From Octopus sinensis (lineage: Eukaryota), in assembly GCF_006345805.1 (NCBI RefSeq), contig NC_043001.1, forward strand, positions 64,418,001-64,482,000: a stretch of DNA of 64,000 nucleotides, written 5' to 3'. The translations under genes and the position numbers were made by a program. Positions 12,480 through 23,500 of the stretch are shown here, one piece after another. Position 1 is the first letter of the stretch. Each line of letters starts with the position of its first letter. The notes under the pieces are model-generated. The model made no database searches. It saw only the letters and a list, made by a program, of their open reading frames with translations, and was not told the origin of the DNA.

Positions 12480-13095
12480 TGCACCTCTAGAGTATAAGAC
12501 TGTCACTTTGCTTCTCATTCGGATTCCCTGATATTTTCGCATGATTGTACCCTAAATCTCTTCACAAAACTGGATGATGAACTATTGGACATGCATATAT
12601 TCTGTAAGTTCAAGACTTTTCATCGGATCTCCAAGAATCGAACTTATCTGCGATTCTTGTAAATTTCAATAACAATCTGTTCCTCTACACGATATGACAG
12701 TCACTTTGCTTTTTACTCAGACTTTCCTCTACACGATATGACAGTCACTTTGCTTCTTACTCGGATTTTCAGAAATTTTGCATGACTGTATCCGAATATT
12801 TCTTCACACAACTTGATTAGCAATTCAATATGAGCTATATGTAGATATGCACAAATTCTGTAAGTTTAAAACCTTTCATCGGATCTCCATGAATCGAACT
12901 TTCTTCAATGCAGTTAATCTTACACCCTCTTTTGTATCTACCCCTTTTGATGTTTGGGAATTCTCTGATGTTTTTTCGGCTGACGAGTACGAGCCATCTG
13001 TATTCACTGCATTTTTTGTAGCTTATTAAAGATGTCCTCGTACGAAACGATTGTACCGAGATTTTAATCCATTCTTGTTGCTTTTTTCCTATTTA
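12480..13095 (+). mobile_element. Probable Penelope-like element remnant with diverged ~235-bp internal duplication
   Basis: 12490-12660 and 12725-12905 are diverged direct copies, followed by a type I hammerhead. The PLE assignment is inferred from the ribozyme type. Confidence 0.5.
12974..13061 (+). ncRNA. Type I hammerhead ribozyme (minimal stem III, likely dimer-forming)
   Basis: Stem I TTTCGG/CCGAGA, core CTGACGA (12980-12986), stem II GTACGAG/CTCGTAC, GAAA (13044-13047), stem III AC-GATT-GT, cleavage triplet GUA (cut after 13055). Confidence 0.88.
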
Positions 13096-13100
13096 TATAT

Positions 13101-15533
13101 CATCATCATCATCATCATCATTTAGCGTCCGTTTTCCATGCTAGCATGGGTTGGACGGTTCAACTGGGGTCTGGGGAGCCCGAAGGCTGCACCAGGCCAG
13201 TCAGATCTGGCAGTGTTTCTACAGCTGGATGCCCTTCCTAACGCCAACCACTCCGAGAGTGTAGTGGGTGATTTTATGTGCCACCGACACAGGTGCCAGA
13301 CGAGGCTGGCGAACGGCCACGCTCGGATGGTGTTTTTATGTGCCACCGACACAGATGCCAGACGAGGCTGGCAGACGGCCACGCTCGGATGGTGTTTTTA
13401 TGTGCCACCGACACAGGTGCCAGATGAGGCTGGCGGACGGCCACGATCGGATGGTGTTTGTTACGTCCCCAAAGCACGGAGGCCAGTCTATGCGGTACTG
13501 GCTACAGCCACGTTCGGATGATTTTCTTGTGTGCCACCGGCACTGGTACCACAAAGATACAAATTCCATTGATGTTCATCTACTTTGATTTGTTTTGATT
13601 TGATTTTCACTTGCCTCAACAGGTCTTCACAAGTGTCACAAGAAGGAAGGTATGCACAGGTGGACTGACTACGTCCCAGGTAGGGGCCACGGGTTATGGC
13701 CTGACTAGTCTTGCCGGGTCTTCGGATGGTGTTTTTATGTGCCACCGACACAGGTGCCAGATGAGGCTGGCGAACGGCCACGATCGGATGGTGTTTGTTA
13801 CGTGCCCACAGCACGGAGGCCAGTCGATGCGGTACTGGCTACGGCCACGTTCGGATGGTTTTCTTGTGTGCCACCGGCACTGGTACCACAAAGATACAAA
13901 TTCCATTGATGTTCATCCATTTTGATTTGATTTGATTTGATTTTCACTTGCCTCAACAGGTCTTCACAAGTGTCACAGGAAGGAAGGAAGGTATGCACAG
14001 GGGACTGACTACGTCCCAAGTAGGGGCCACGGGTTATGGCCTGACTAGTCTTGCCGGGTCTTCGGATGGTGTTTTTATGTGCCACCGACACAGGTGCCAG
14101 ATGAGGCTGGCGAACGGCCACGATCGGATGGTGTTTGTTATGTGCCCACGTCACAGAGGCCAGTCGATGCGGTACTCGCTACGGCCACGTTCGGATGGTT
14201 TTCTTGTGTGCCAACGGTACTGGTACCACAAAGATACAAATTCCATTGATGTTCATCTATTTTGATTTGGTTTGATTTGATTTGATTTTCACTTGCCTCA
14301 ACAGGTCTACACAAGTGTCACACACTTGCCTCAACAGGTCTTCACAAGTGTCATAAGTAGGTGTCACACACTTGCCTCAACAGGTCTTCACAAGTGTCAT
14401 AAGTAGGAAGGTATGCACAGGTGGACTGACTACGTCGCCGGGTCTTCGGATGGTGTTTTTATGTGCCTGCCCACAGCACGGAGGCCAGTCGATGCGGTAC
14501 TGGCTACGGCCACGTTCGGATGGTTTTCTTGTGTGCCACCGGTACTGGAACCACAAAGATACAAATTCCATTGATGTTCTATTTTGATTTGGTTTGATTT
14601 GATTTTCACTTGCCTCAACAGGTCTTCACAAGTGTCACACACTTGCCTCAACAGGTCTCCACAAGTGTCACACACTTGCCTCTGCCTCAACAGGTCTTCA
14701 CAAGTGTCACACACTTGCCTCAACAGGTCTTCACAAGTGTCATAAGAGGGAAGGTATGCACAGGTGGACGACTACGTCGCCGGGTCTTCGGATGGTGTCT
14801 TTATGTGCCACCGACACAGGTGCCAGATGAGGCTGGCGAACGGCCACGATCGGATGGTGTGTGTTGTGCCCACAGCACGGAGGCCAGTCGATGCGGTACT
14901 GGCTACGGCCACGTTCGGATGGTTTTCTTGTGTGCCACCGGTACTGGAACCACAAAGATACAAATTCCATTGATGTTCATCTATTTTGATTTGGTTTGAT
15001 TTTGATTTGATTTTCACTTGCCTCAACAGGTCTTCACAAGTGTCACACACTTGCCTCAACAGGTCTCCACAGGTGTCACACACTTGCCTCTGCCTCAACA
15101 GGTCTTCACAAGTGTCACACACTTGCCTCAACAGGTCTTCACAAGTGTCATAAGAGGGAAGGTATGCACAGGTGGACTGACTACGTCGCCGGGTCTTCGG
15201 ATGGTGTCTTTATGTGCCACCGACACAGGTGCCAGATGAGGCTGGCGAACGGCCACGATCGGATGGTGTTTGTTGTGCCCACAGCACGGAGGCCAGTCGA
15301 TGCGGTACTGGCTACGGCCACGTTTGGGTGGTTTTCTTGTGTGCCACCGGCACTGGTACCACAAAGAATACAATTCCACTGATGTTCATCTATTTTGATT
15401 TGTTTTGATTTGATTTTCACTTGCCTCAACAGGTCTTCATAAGTGTCACAAGAAGGAAGGTATGCACAGGAGGACTGACTATGTCCCAGGTAGGGGCCAC
15501 AGGTTATGGCCTGACTAGTCTTGCCGGGTCTTC
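13101..15533 (-). repeat. Tandem array of six ORF-end + 3'-UTR units (335-410 bp; last unit carries the tail)
   Basis: Junction GCCGGGTCTTC|GGATGGTG at 13723, 14063, 14447, 14789 and 15198. Confidence 0.95.
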
Positions 15534-18500
15534 TCACGCACAGCATTCTTCCATAGTTCTCGGTCTCTAGACATTTCCTTAGTGAGACCTAAAGTTCGAA
15601 GGTCGTGCTTCACCACCTCGTCCCAGGTTTTCCTGGGTCTACCTCTTCCACAGGTTCCCTCAACTGCTAGGGTGTAGCACTTTTGCACACAACTATCTTC
15701 AGCCATTCTCATCACATGACCATACCAGCGCAAACGTCTCTCTTGCACACCACAACTGACGCTTCTTAGGTTCAACTTTTCTCTCAAGGAACTTACACTC
15801 TGACGATTATGAACACTGACATTACACATCCATCGGAGCATACTGGCTTCATTTCTTGCGAGCTTACGCATATCCTCAGCAGTCACGGCCCATGTTTCAC
15901 TACCATGTAGCATGGCTGTACGTACACATGCATCATACAGTCTGCCTTTTACTCTGAGCGAGAGGCCTTTTGTCACCAGCAGGGGTAAGAGCTCTCTAAA
16001 CTTTGCCCAGGCTATTCTTACTCTAGCAGTTACACTTTCAGCACACCCGCCCCCGCTACTGACTTGGTCTCCTAGGTAGCGGAAGCTATCAACTACTTCT
16101 AGTTTGTCTCCCTGGAACGTGGCAGAAGTTGGTCTCTGCACATTTCCAGTGTTTATTGCTCCTGAGCATTTGCCACAGACAAAAACTATTTTCCTAGTTA
16201 GCCTTCCTTTGACATTGCTGCACCTCTTATGTGTCCATAGCTTACACTTGGTGCATCTTATAGAGTTTCTACCTACACCTTTTTTACAGATCGAGCAGGG
16301 CCATCTACCTGAAGGCGTATGTGATTGATCTACCTTCCTACTTATTAGGACTTTGGTTTTGGCTAGGTTGATTCTAAGGCCCTTCGATTCTAATCCTTGT
16401 TTCCACACCTGAAACTTCTCCTCCAGTTCTGATAGTGACTCAGCAATTAGAGCAAGGTCATCAGCATAGAGGAGCTCCCAGGGGCAACCTGTCTTGAATT
16501 CCTCCGTTATTGCCTGGAGGACTATGATAAATAGGAGGGGACTGAGGACTGAACCTTGGTGGACCCCAACCTCTACCCGGAATTCTTCACTGTACTCGTT
16601 GCCAACCCTCACCTTACTAGCAGCGTCTCTGTACATGGCTTGCACAGCTCTCACCAACCATTCTTCTATCCCTAGTTTCCTCATTGACCACCAGATAAGG
16701 GATCGGGGGACCCTGTCAAAGGCTTTCTCCAAGTCAACAAAAGCCAGGTACAAGGGCTTATCTTTGGCTAGGTATTTCTCCTGCAGCTGTCTTACCAGGA
16801 ATATAGCATCAGTAGTACTTTTCCCTGGCACGAACCCAAACTGCATATCATCTAAGCTAACTCTCTCTCTAATTAGTTGGGCTATAACCCTCTCCGTAAC
16901 CTTCATTACCTGATCCAGCAGCTTGATGCCCCTGTAGTTATTTGTCTCTAGGGCGTCGCCTTTACCTTTGTAGCAGTTGACTATTATGCTGCTACACCAG
17001 TCATTGGGTATGACCCCCTCGTGTATCACCTGGTTAACTATACGGGTGACTAAGCTATAGCCGACACCACCAGATATTTTGAGCATCTCTGCAGTAATTC
17101 CTGATGGGCCTGGGGCTTTCCCTGTTTTCATGCTTCTAATTGCCTTATCTACTGAGGAACTGTTAACTCGGATTGCTGGTCCCTCTGTTGGGTCGACATT
17201 CGGCAGACTCTCTTTATCCCATTCATTTTCTTCATTCAGCAACCTATCATAGTGGCGTCTCCAAGCCTCTCTCTTTGCATCCTCATTAAGCGCAAGTGAA
17301 CCGTCATCCTTGCGAACACATTTCTCTCCTACCACGTCACGATTCTCTCTCACACACTGTCTTGCAACACGAAATACCTCAAGTCTTTCATCCTCACGAC
17401 GCAGGACATTGGCAAATTTTTCCTTATCTGCCTCCCCTCTGGCTAGATAGACCTGTCTCCTGGCTTCCCTTCTGGCAGACTGATACACTTCCCTGCTACC
17501 ACCGTTCTTCCAGGCCTTCCAAGCCTGTTTCTTTTGTCTAATAGCCCTGTCAACAATATTGTTCCACCACCACGTTATTTTGGGTCTTAAGGGGACTTTG
17601 CACCAGCCACAGATCTGGTCAGCGGCTTTCAGCAGGTTGTCCCTCAGAAGCGTCCAGTTGTCTTCTACCCCATGCGTAGCTACACTCCCTTCCATTTCGT
17701 CTAAGGCTTCAAATAACATATCTCTAAATCTCTGTCCATTCACAGGGTCTTTAAGCTTCCAGACCCTTCTTCTCCATGATGGTCGTCTTCTAGTCGCCCT
17801 CTTTGTCCTGATCCTAAAGTCACTAACTACCAGTCTATGTTGTGGGGTGCATTCTTCACCTGGGAAGGTTTTGGCATTTATAAGCAGCCATCTTTCCCTT
17901 TTTCTGGCAAGGATGTAGTCGATTTGGCTAGTATGCCGGCCCGATCGGTAGGTGACCAGGTGGCTTGTCGGTTTCCTGAAGTTAGTGTTGCAAATCATAA
18001 GACTATTCGCATCGCAGAACTCCAGCAGCCTGGTTCCCTCCTCGTTGCGGGAACCATAACCATAGCCTCCATGCACGCCATGGAAGCCCCCAGCACATCG
18101 TCCAACATGCCCATTGAAGTCACCAGCCACAAAGAGAAGGTCCCTGTCGTTCGTCAATGATGTGGTCTGCAGTAGGGTGTCATAGAAACAGTCTTTCTGT
18201 CCATCAGGTAGCCCTGGCTGAGGGGCATAGGCCGATATAATAGTTGCTAAACTATGATGGAGCACTAATCTAATCTTAATTATTCTGTCACTTACTCTGA
18301 CTACCTCGATTACCTTGTCTACCCATTTTTCGGCGATAAGCATGCCCACACCCCCGACTCCGTCAGTATTCCCAGCCCAGAAAATCTTGTACCTCTGTCC
18401 TTTGCCTGTGAGGAACCTAGCAGAACCTCCTCTCCACCTCACTTCTTGAATGCAGCATATATCAACCCACCTCCGTTCAAGCAATTCAACTATCTCGCCA

Positions 18501-18694
18501 GATCTGCCTTTCAGTGTCCCAACGTTGAGGGTGCCAACCCTGAGGCTGTGGGTGGGGGTGGAAGTGGTATTGGTCCTAATAGCGTCATAGACCTGAAAAG
18601 AGAACTCGCGTTTGGCAGTATTCATAGACAAACAATAGAACTTAAGTTCAAACCTCGTACACAACACTAAACATATCTTGCAATGACTGACCAC
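15515..18694 (-). CDS. RTE polyprotein: APE endonuclease, reverse transcriptase, PHD-type zinc finger, C-terminal domain (1059 aa from GTG; 1036 aa from first ATG at 18625)
   Basis: GTLNVG, CIQE, AYAP, GDFN, IDY, QHRL (APE); YRGIKLL, QFGF, FVDLEKAFD, GVHQGSVLSP, YADD (RT); CSIC-x9-CTKC-x4-H-x2-C-x14-CGKC. No stops. Confidence 0.96.
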   Translation of the reverse strand: MVSHCKICLVLCTRFELKFYCLSMNTAKREFSFQVYDAIRTNTTSTPTHSLRVGTLNVGTLKGRSGEIVELLERRWVDICCIQEVRWRGGSARFLTGKGQRYKIFWAGNTDGVGGVGMLIAEKWVDKVIEVVRVSDRIIKIRLVLHHSLATIISAYAPQPGLPDGQKDCFYDTLLQTTSLTNDRDLLFVAGDFNGHVGRCAGGFHGVHGGYGYGSRNEEGTRLLEFCDANSLMICNTNFRKPTSHLVTYRSGRHTSQIDYILARKRERWLLINAKTFPGEECTPQHRLVVSDFRIRTKRATRRRPSWRRRVWKLKDPVNGQRFRDMLFEALDEMEGSVATHGVEDNWTLLRDNLLKAADQICGWCKVPLRPKITWWWNNIVDRAIRQKKQAWKAWKNGGSREVYQSARREARRQVYLARGEADKEKFANVLRREDERLEVFRVARQCVRENRDVVGEKCVRKDDGSLALNEDAKREAWRRHYDRLLNEENEWDKESLPNVDPTEGPAIRVNSSSVDKAIRSMKTGKAPGPSGITAEMLKISGGVGYSLVTRIVNQVIHEGVIPNDWCSSIIVNCYKGKGDALETNNYRGIKLLDQVMKVTERVIAQLIRERVSLDDMQFGFVPGKSTTDAIFLVRQLQEKYLAKDKPLYLAFVDLEKAFDRVPRSLIWWSMRKLGIEEWLVRAVQAMYRDAASKVRVGNEYSEEFRVEVGVHQGSVLSPLLFIIVLQAITEEFKTGCPWELLYADDLALIAESLSELEEKFQVWKQGLESKGLRINLAKTKVLISRKVDQSHTPSGRWPCSICKKGVGRNSIRCTKCKLWTHKRCSNVKGRLTRKIVFVCGKCSGAINTGNVQRPTSATFQGDKLEVVDSFRYLGDQVSSGGGCAESVTARVRIAWAKFRELLPLLVTKGLSLRVKGRLYDACVRTAMLHGSETWAVTAEDMRKLARNEASMLRWMCNVSVHNRQSVSSLREKLNLRSVSCGVQERRLRWYGHVMRMAEDSCVQKCYTLAVEGTCGRGRPRKTWDEVVKHDLRTLGLTKEMSRDRELWKNAVREKTRQD

Positions 18695-18818
18695 TACCTT
18701 TTATGGAAGGAGGTGGGGGTGGCGTAAGACTTTGAAGTGTATAAGGGAGACAAGGATGAGAAAATTTAGGACTTCCTGTACCGGTGGCGGGGGTGGGAGG
18801 GCGGGTGCACCGCGAAAA

Positions 18819-20143
18819 CCGGCCGGCAGCCATTCCTTTCTTAGGAGAGAAATAGTTATTAGTATCTATAAATACCTAAATTTTGCCTAATCTATGGGAG
18901 AAGCGTGAACGATAAAGAGCTATAAATTATAAATACATTTATTCTATATCTACGAGGCATGAGACTGATCGATAAATAAAATTAGGGGCAAGCTTTTAAG
19001 ATTAAATATATATTTAACACAAGACATGAGACAACGATATATAATTAAGATGAACTATAGAATTATATGTACATATAAAAAAAAAAAAAAAGGACACAAG
19101 GCGTGAGGCTAAATTTCACAAGTCATAACAATAATACTAATAGAGATAAAACAGGGCTAACTAAAAGATCAGATCAGTTGCAGATAGTTAAGTAGGTACA
19201 CGGGTTGAAATTAAATATAGATTGCTTAGCTTGGATTCATTTTTCGTATTTCGTAGGGAGTCGGATAACAGTTTGAATTCAAGTGAGGCCGTTAAAAACA
19301 GTCGCTGGTTTATATGCATATAGGGTGGCGGAGAAGGGGAGCCGAATGGCGATCGAAAGAGATATAAGACAATTGAAGAGGAACGAGGGGGGGGGTCGTG
19401 CCCCGCCAAGAACCGGCCGGCAGCCATTCTTCCTTCCTTGGGAGAGAAATAGTTATTAGTATCTATAAATACCTAAATTTTGCCTAATCTATGGGAGAAG
19501 CGTGAACGATAAAGAGCTATAAATTATAAATACATTTATTCTATATCTACGAGGCGTGAGACTGATCGATAAATAAAATTAGGGGCAAGCTTTTAAGATT
19601 AAATATATATTTAACACAAGACATGAGACAACGATATATAATTAAGATGAACTATAGAATTATATGTACATATAAAAAAAGGACACAAGGCGTGAGGCTA
19701 AATTTCACAAGTCATAACAATAATACTAATAGAGATAAAACGGGGCTAACTAAAAGATCAGATCAGTTGCAGATAGTTAAGTAGGTACACGGGTTGAAAT
19801 TAAATATAGATTGCTTAGCTTGGATTCATTTTTCGTATTTCGTATTTTTCGTAGGGAGTCGGATAACAGTTTGAATTCAAGTGAGGCCGTTAAAAACAGT
19901 CGCTGGTTTATATGCATATAGGGTGGCGGAGAAGGGGAGCCGAATGGCGATCGAAAGAGATATAAGACAATTGAAGAGGAACGAGGGGGGGGGGTCGTGC
20001 CCCGCCAAGAACCGGCCGGCAGCCATTCTTCCTTCCTTGGGAGAGAAATAGTTATTAGTATCTATAAATACCTAAATTTTGCCTAATCTATGGGAGAAGC
20101 GTGAACGATAAAGAGCTATAAATTATAAATACATTTATTCTAT
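18819..20143 (-). repeat. Near-identical tandem 5'-UTR units (594, 599 and partial 132 bp)
   Basis: Units start CCGGCCGGCAGCCATTC at 18819, 19413 and 20012. A diverged single homolog lies upstream of the RTE at ~46020-46490. Confidence 0.93.
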
Positions 20144-20445
20144 GAAGTAACAAACTGAGGAAAATAAATATTTCAAAGGAGTGTGTTAAACATCCAGTTC
20201 ACTGGTACTTCAGTTGGATACCATATAAATATTGGTATAATTAAATTATAAAGATAAATTAAATGTAGAGATATTCTATTGACAATCCAATAATTAATTT
20301 ATATTACAATATTACATTAAATAATATGAATATGATATATAACATAACATAATATTATATAAATAATTATAAAATCCATTAAAGGCCAACAAATTGTTTC
20401 AACTTAGATATATTTTTTCTGATATACACAATCACTGTTCCGTTT

Positions 20446-20490
<45 letters not shown>

Positions 20491-20559
20491 GATAATAAAA
20501 TATAGTTTCATTTGACTTACTAAATAAATTTAATAACTAAAATAATTATTATATAGTTT

Positions 20560-23500
20560 TGTCATCATCATCAGCATCATCATTGTTTATCGTCTGTTTT
20601 CCATGCTAGCATGAATTGGATGGTTTGACCGGGGTCTGGAATGCCAGGAGGCTGCACCAAGCTCCAGTTTGATCTGGCAGTGTTCTACAGCAGGATGCCC
20701 TTCATAACGCCAACCACTGCATGAGTGTAGTGGGTGCTTTTTATGTGCCACTGGTACGGAAGCCAGTCAAGGTGGCGCTGGCATTGACCATGTTCGGATG
20801 GTGCTTTATACATGCCACTGGCATGGGTATCACAACTACAATTCCCATTTGATTTTTATTTTGATGCTGACGTACTTGACTCAATAGGTCTCCTCAAGCA
20901 CAGCATTTCGCCCTATGATCAAGGTAAGCACAGCAGGCCGTCCTGCAATCCAAGGGACTTTGGATGGGCTTGGGCTGTTATGTGAAGCTGGTGCAGGAAA
21001 CAGCCATGAACTCATGTTATTTGTTGGATCTTCGCAGTCAAAGCATATCTCCAGAGATCTCGGTCTTTCGTCATTGCCTCTGTGAGGCCCAACGTTCGAA
21101 GGTCATGCTTGACCACCTCATCCCATGTCTTCCTGGGTCTACCTCTACCTCAGATTCCTTCAACTGTTTGGGAATGACACTTCTTCACACATCTCTCTTC
21201 ATCCATCTATAGTACATGACCATACCAGCACAAGCATCTCTCTTGCATGCCACATCCAATGCTTCTTGTGTCCAGCATTTCTCTCAGGGTGCTTACACTC
21301 TGTTGTGTGTGCACACTGACATTACACATCCAGCGGATCATGCTAGCTTCATTTCTCTCAAGCCTACGCATGTCCTCTACAGTCACAGCCCATGTTTCAC
21401 TACCATGAAGCATGGCAGCTCATACACCTGCGCCGTACAATCTACTTTTCACTCTGAGCGAGAGATCCATTGTCACCAGTAGGGGTAGAAGCTTTCTAAA
21501 CTTTGCCCAGGCTATTCATATTCTAGTGGTGACACTCTCTGAGCATCCACCTCCACTACTAACTTGGTCACCTAGGTAGCGGAAACTATCAACTACTTCT
21601 AGTTTTTTCCCCTGGGGTATGATGGAATCTGTTTTCTGATTATCTGTGGTGTCTATTGCCCCTGTGCATCTGCCACACACGAAAGTTATCTTCTCGGTTA
21701 ATTTTCCTTTGATATTGCTGCACCTCTTATGTGTCCATAGCTTACACTGGATACATCTAAAGGAGTTTCTACCTACACCTTTTCTACAGATTGAGCAGGG
21801 CCACCTACCTGAGGGTGTGTGTGATGAGTTCACCTTCCTACTTACTATAACTTTGGTCTTTGCTACATTGACTCTAAGGCCTTTTGATTTTAAACCTAGC
21901 TTCTACACCCAAAATTTCTTTTCTAGTTCTGGTAGTGATTCTGCTATGAGAGACAAGTCATCAGCATAGAGGAGCTCCCAGGGGCAACCCGTCTTGAATT
22001 CCTCTGTTATTGCCTGGAGGACTATGATGAATAAAAGGGGACTGAGGGCTGAACCTTGGTGGATGCCTACTTCTACCTGGAATTCTTCACTATACTCATT
22101 GCCAGTCCTAACGGCCTCTCTGTATGCGGCCTGTACAGCCCTTATTAACCATTTGTCAATCTTCAGTTTCTGCATCGCCCACCAGATAAGGGATCAGGGG
22201 ACCCTGTCAAAAGCTTTCTCCAAGTCTATGAAAGCTAAGTAGAGGGGTTTATCTTTAGCTAGGTATTTCTCCTGCAGTTGTCAAACCAAGAATATGGCAT
22301 CAGTGGTGCTTCTATCCAGAACAAAACCGAACTGCATTTCATCTAAGTGGACTCTCTCCCTAATGAGATGAGCTGTGACCCTCTCCATGACCTTCATCAC
22401 CTGATCCAGCAGTTTGATACCCTGGTAGTTATTTCTATCTAGAGCATCACTTTTACCCTTGGTGCTGCTACACCAGTCATTGGGTATGACACCATTATGA
22501 ACTACCTGGTTTACAATGTGTGTGAGTAGGCCATAGCCAACACAACCAGATATTTTAAGCATCTCAGCAGTGATTTCTGGTAGGCCGGGGGATTTTCCTC
22601 GCTTCATACCCTTAATTGCTTTATCTACTAGGATATCTATTGGGATAGCTGGTCGCTCTATTGGGTCAACATTTTTCAGGCTCTCCTCCTCCCATTCATT
22701 CTCCACATTCAGCAGTCTTCCATACTGGCTTCTCCAAGCCTCTTTCTTTGCAGAAACATTGAAAGCAAGTGCACCATCATCCATGCAGACACATTTCTCT
22801 CCTGTGACATCACAATTTTCTCTCACACACTGTCTAGTAATCCGAAATACCTCAGTTCTTTGAACATTGGCAAACTTCTTCTATTCCGCTTGGCCCTTGG
22901 CTATGTATACCTGCCGCCCAGCCTCTCTTTTGGCTACCTGGTGCAGTTCCCTGCTACCCCCATCCTTCCAGGCTTTCCAGGCCTGTTTCTTTGCTCTAAT
23001 GGCTTTGTCTATCATACTATTCCACCACCACGTAACTCTAGGTCTGGAAGGGACTTTGCACCACCCGCAGACTTGATCTGTGGCACTTAGTATGCTGCCC
23101 CGTAGGAATTTGCAGCTACCTTCTATGTCTAATGTTTGTAGACCCTCCTCCCTCTTATCAAATTTCTTGATGAGGATGTCCTTAAATTTCTGACCTTTTC
23201 TGGATTGGTCTGCTTCTTGGTATCCTTCTCGCCTCGAGCCTAAAGTCACTAATAACTAGCCTATGCTGTGGGGTACATTCTTCACTCGGGAGGGTCTCTG
23301 TATTTAAGAGCAACTCTGCATCCCGCTGTCTGGTGGGGATGAAATCAATCTGGCTAGCAGAGTCCCCTAATTGATAGGTTATAAGGTGGCTGTCTGGCTT
23401 CCTGAAGTTAGTGTTGCAGATAAAAAGGTTACATGCATCACAGAACTCCAGTAGCCTAGTTCCCTCTTCGTTTTGGGAACCAATACCATGACCACCGTGA

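Larger units (their letters stand above)
13101..20143 (-). mobile_element. Full-length RTE LINE with intact ORF and tandemly amplified 5' and 3' UTRs
   Basis: (ATG)n tail at 13101-13121, six 3'-UTR units, continuous ORF, ~600-bp 5' units at x2.2. Confidence 0.97.

Noticed and set aside
13122-15546. Many overlapping Cys/His/Arg-rich ORFs in the repeat array
   Set aside because: By-products of GC-rich tandem UTR units, open in several frames, no domain.
16494-16913. Recurrent 139-aa antisense ORF (also 48378, 52317, 21994)
   Set aside because: Shadow frame of the conserved RT coding strand; recurrence is explained by copy homology.
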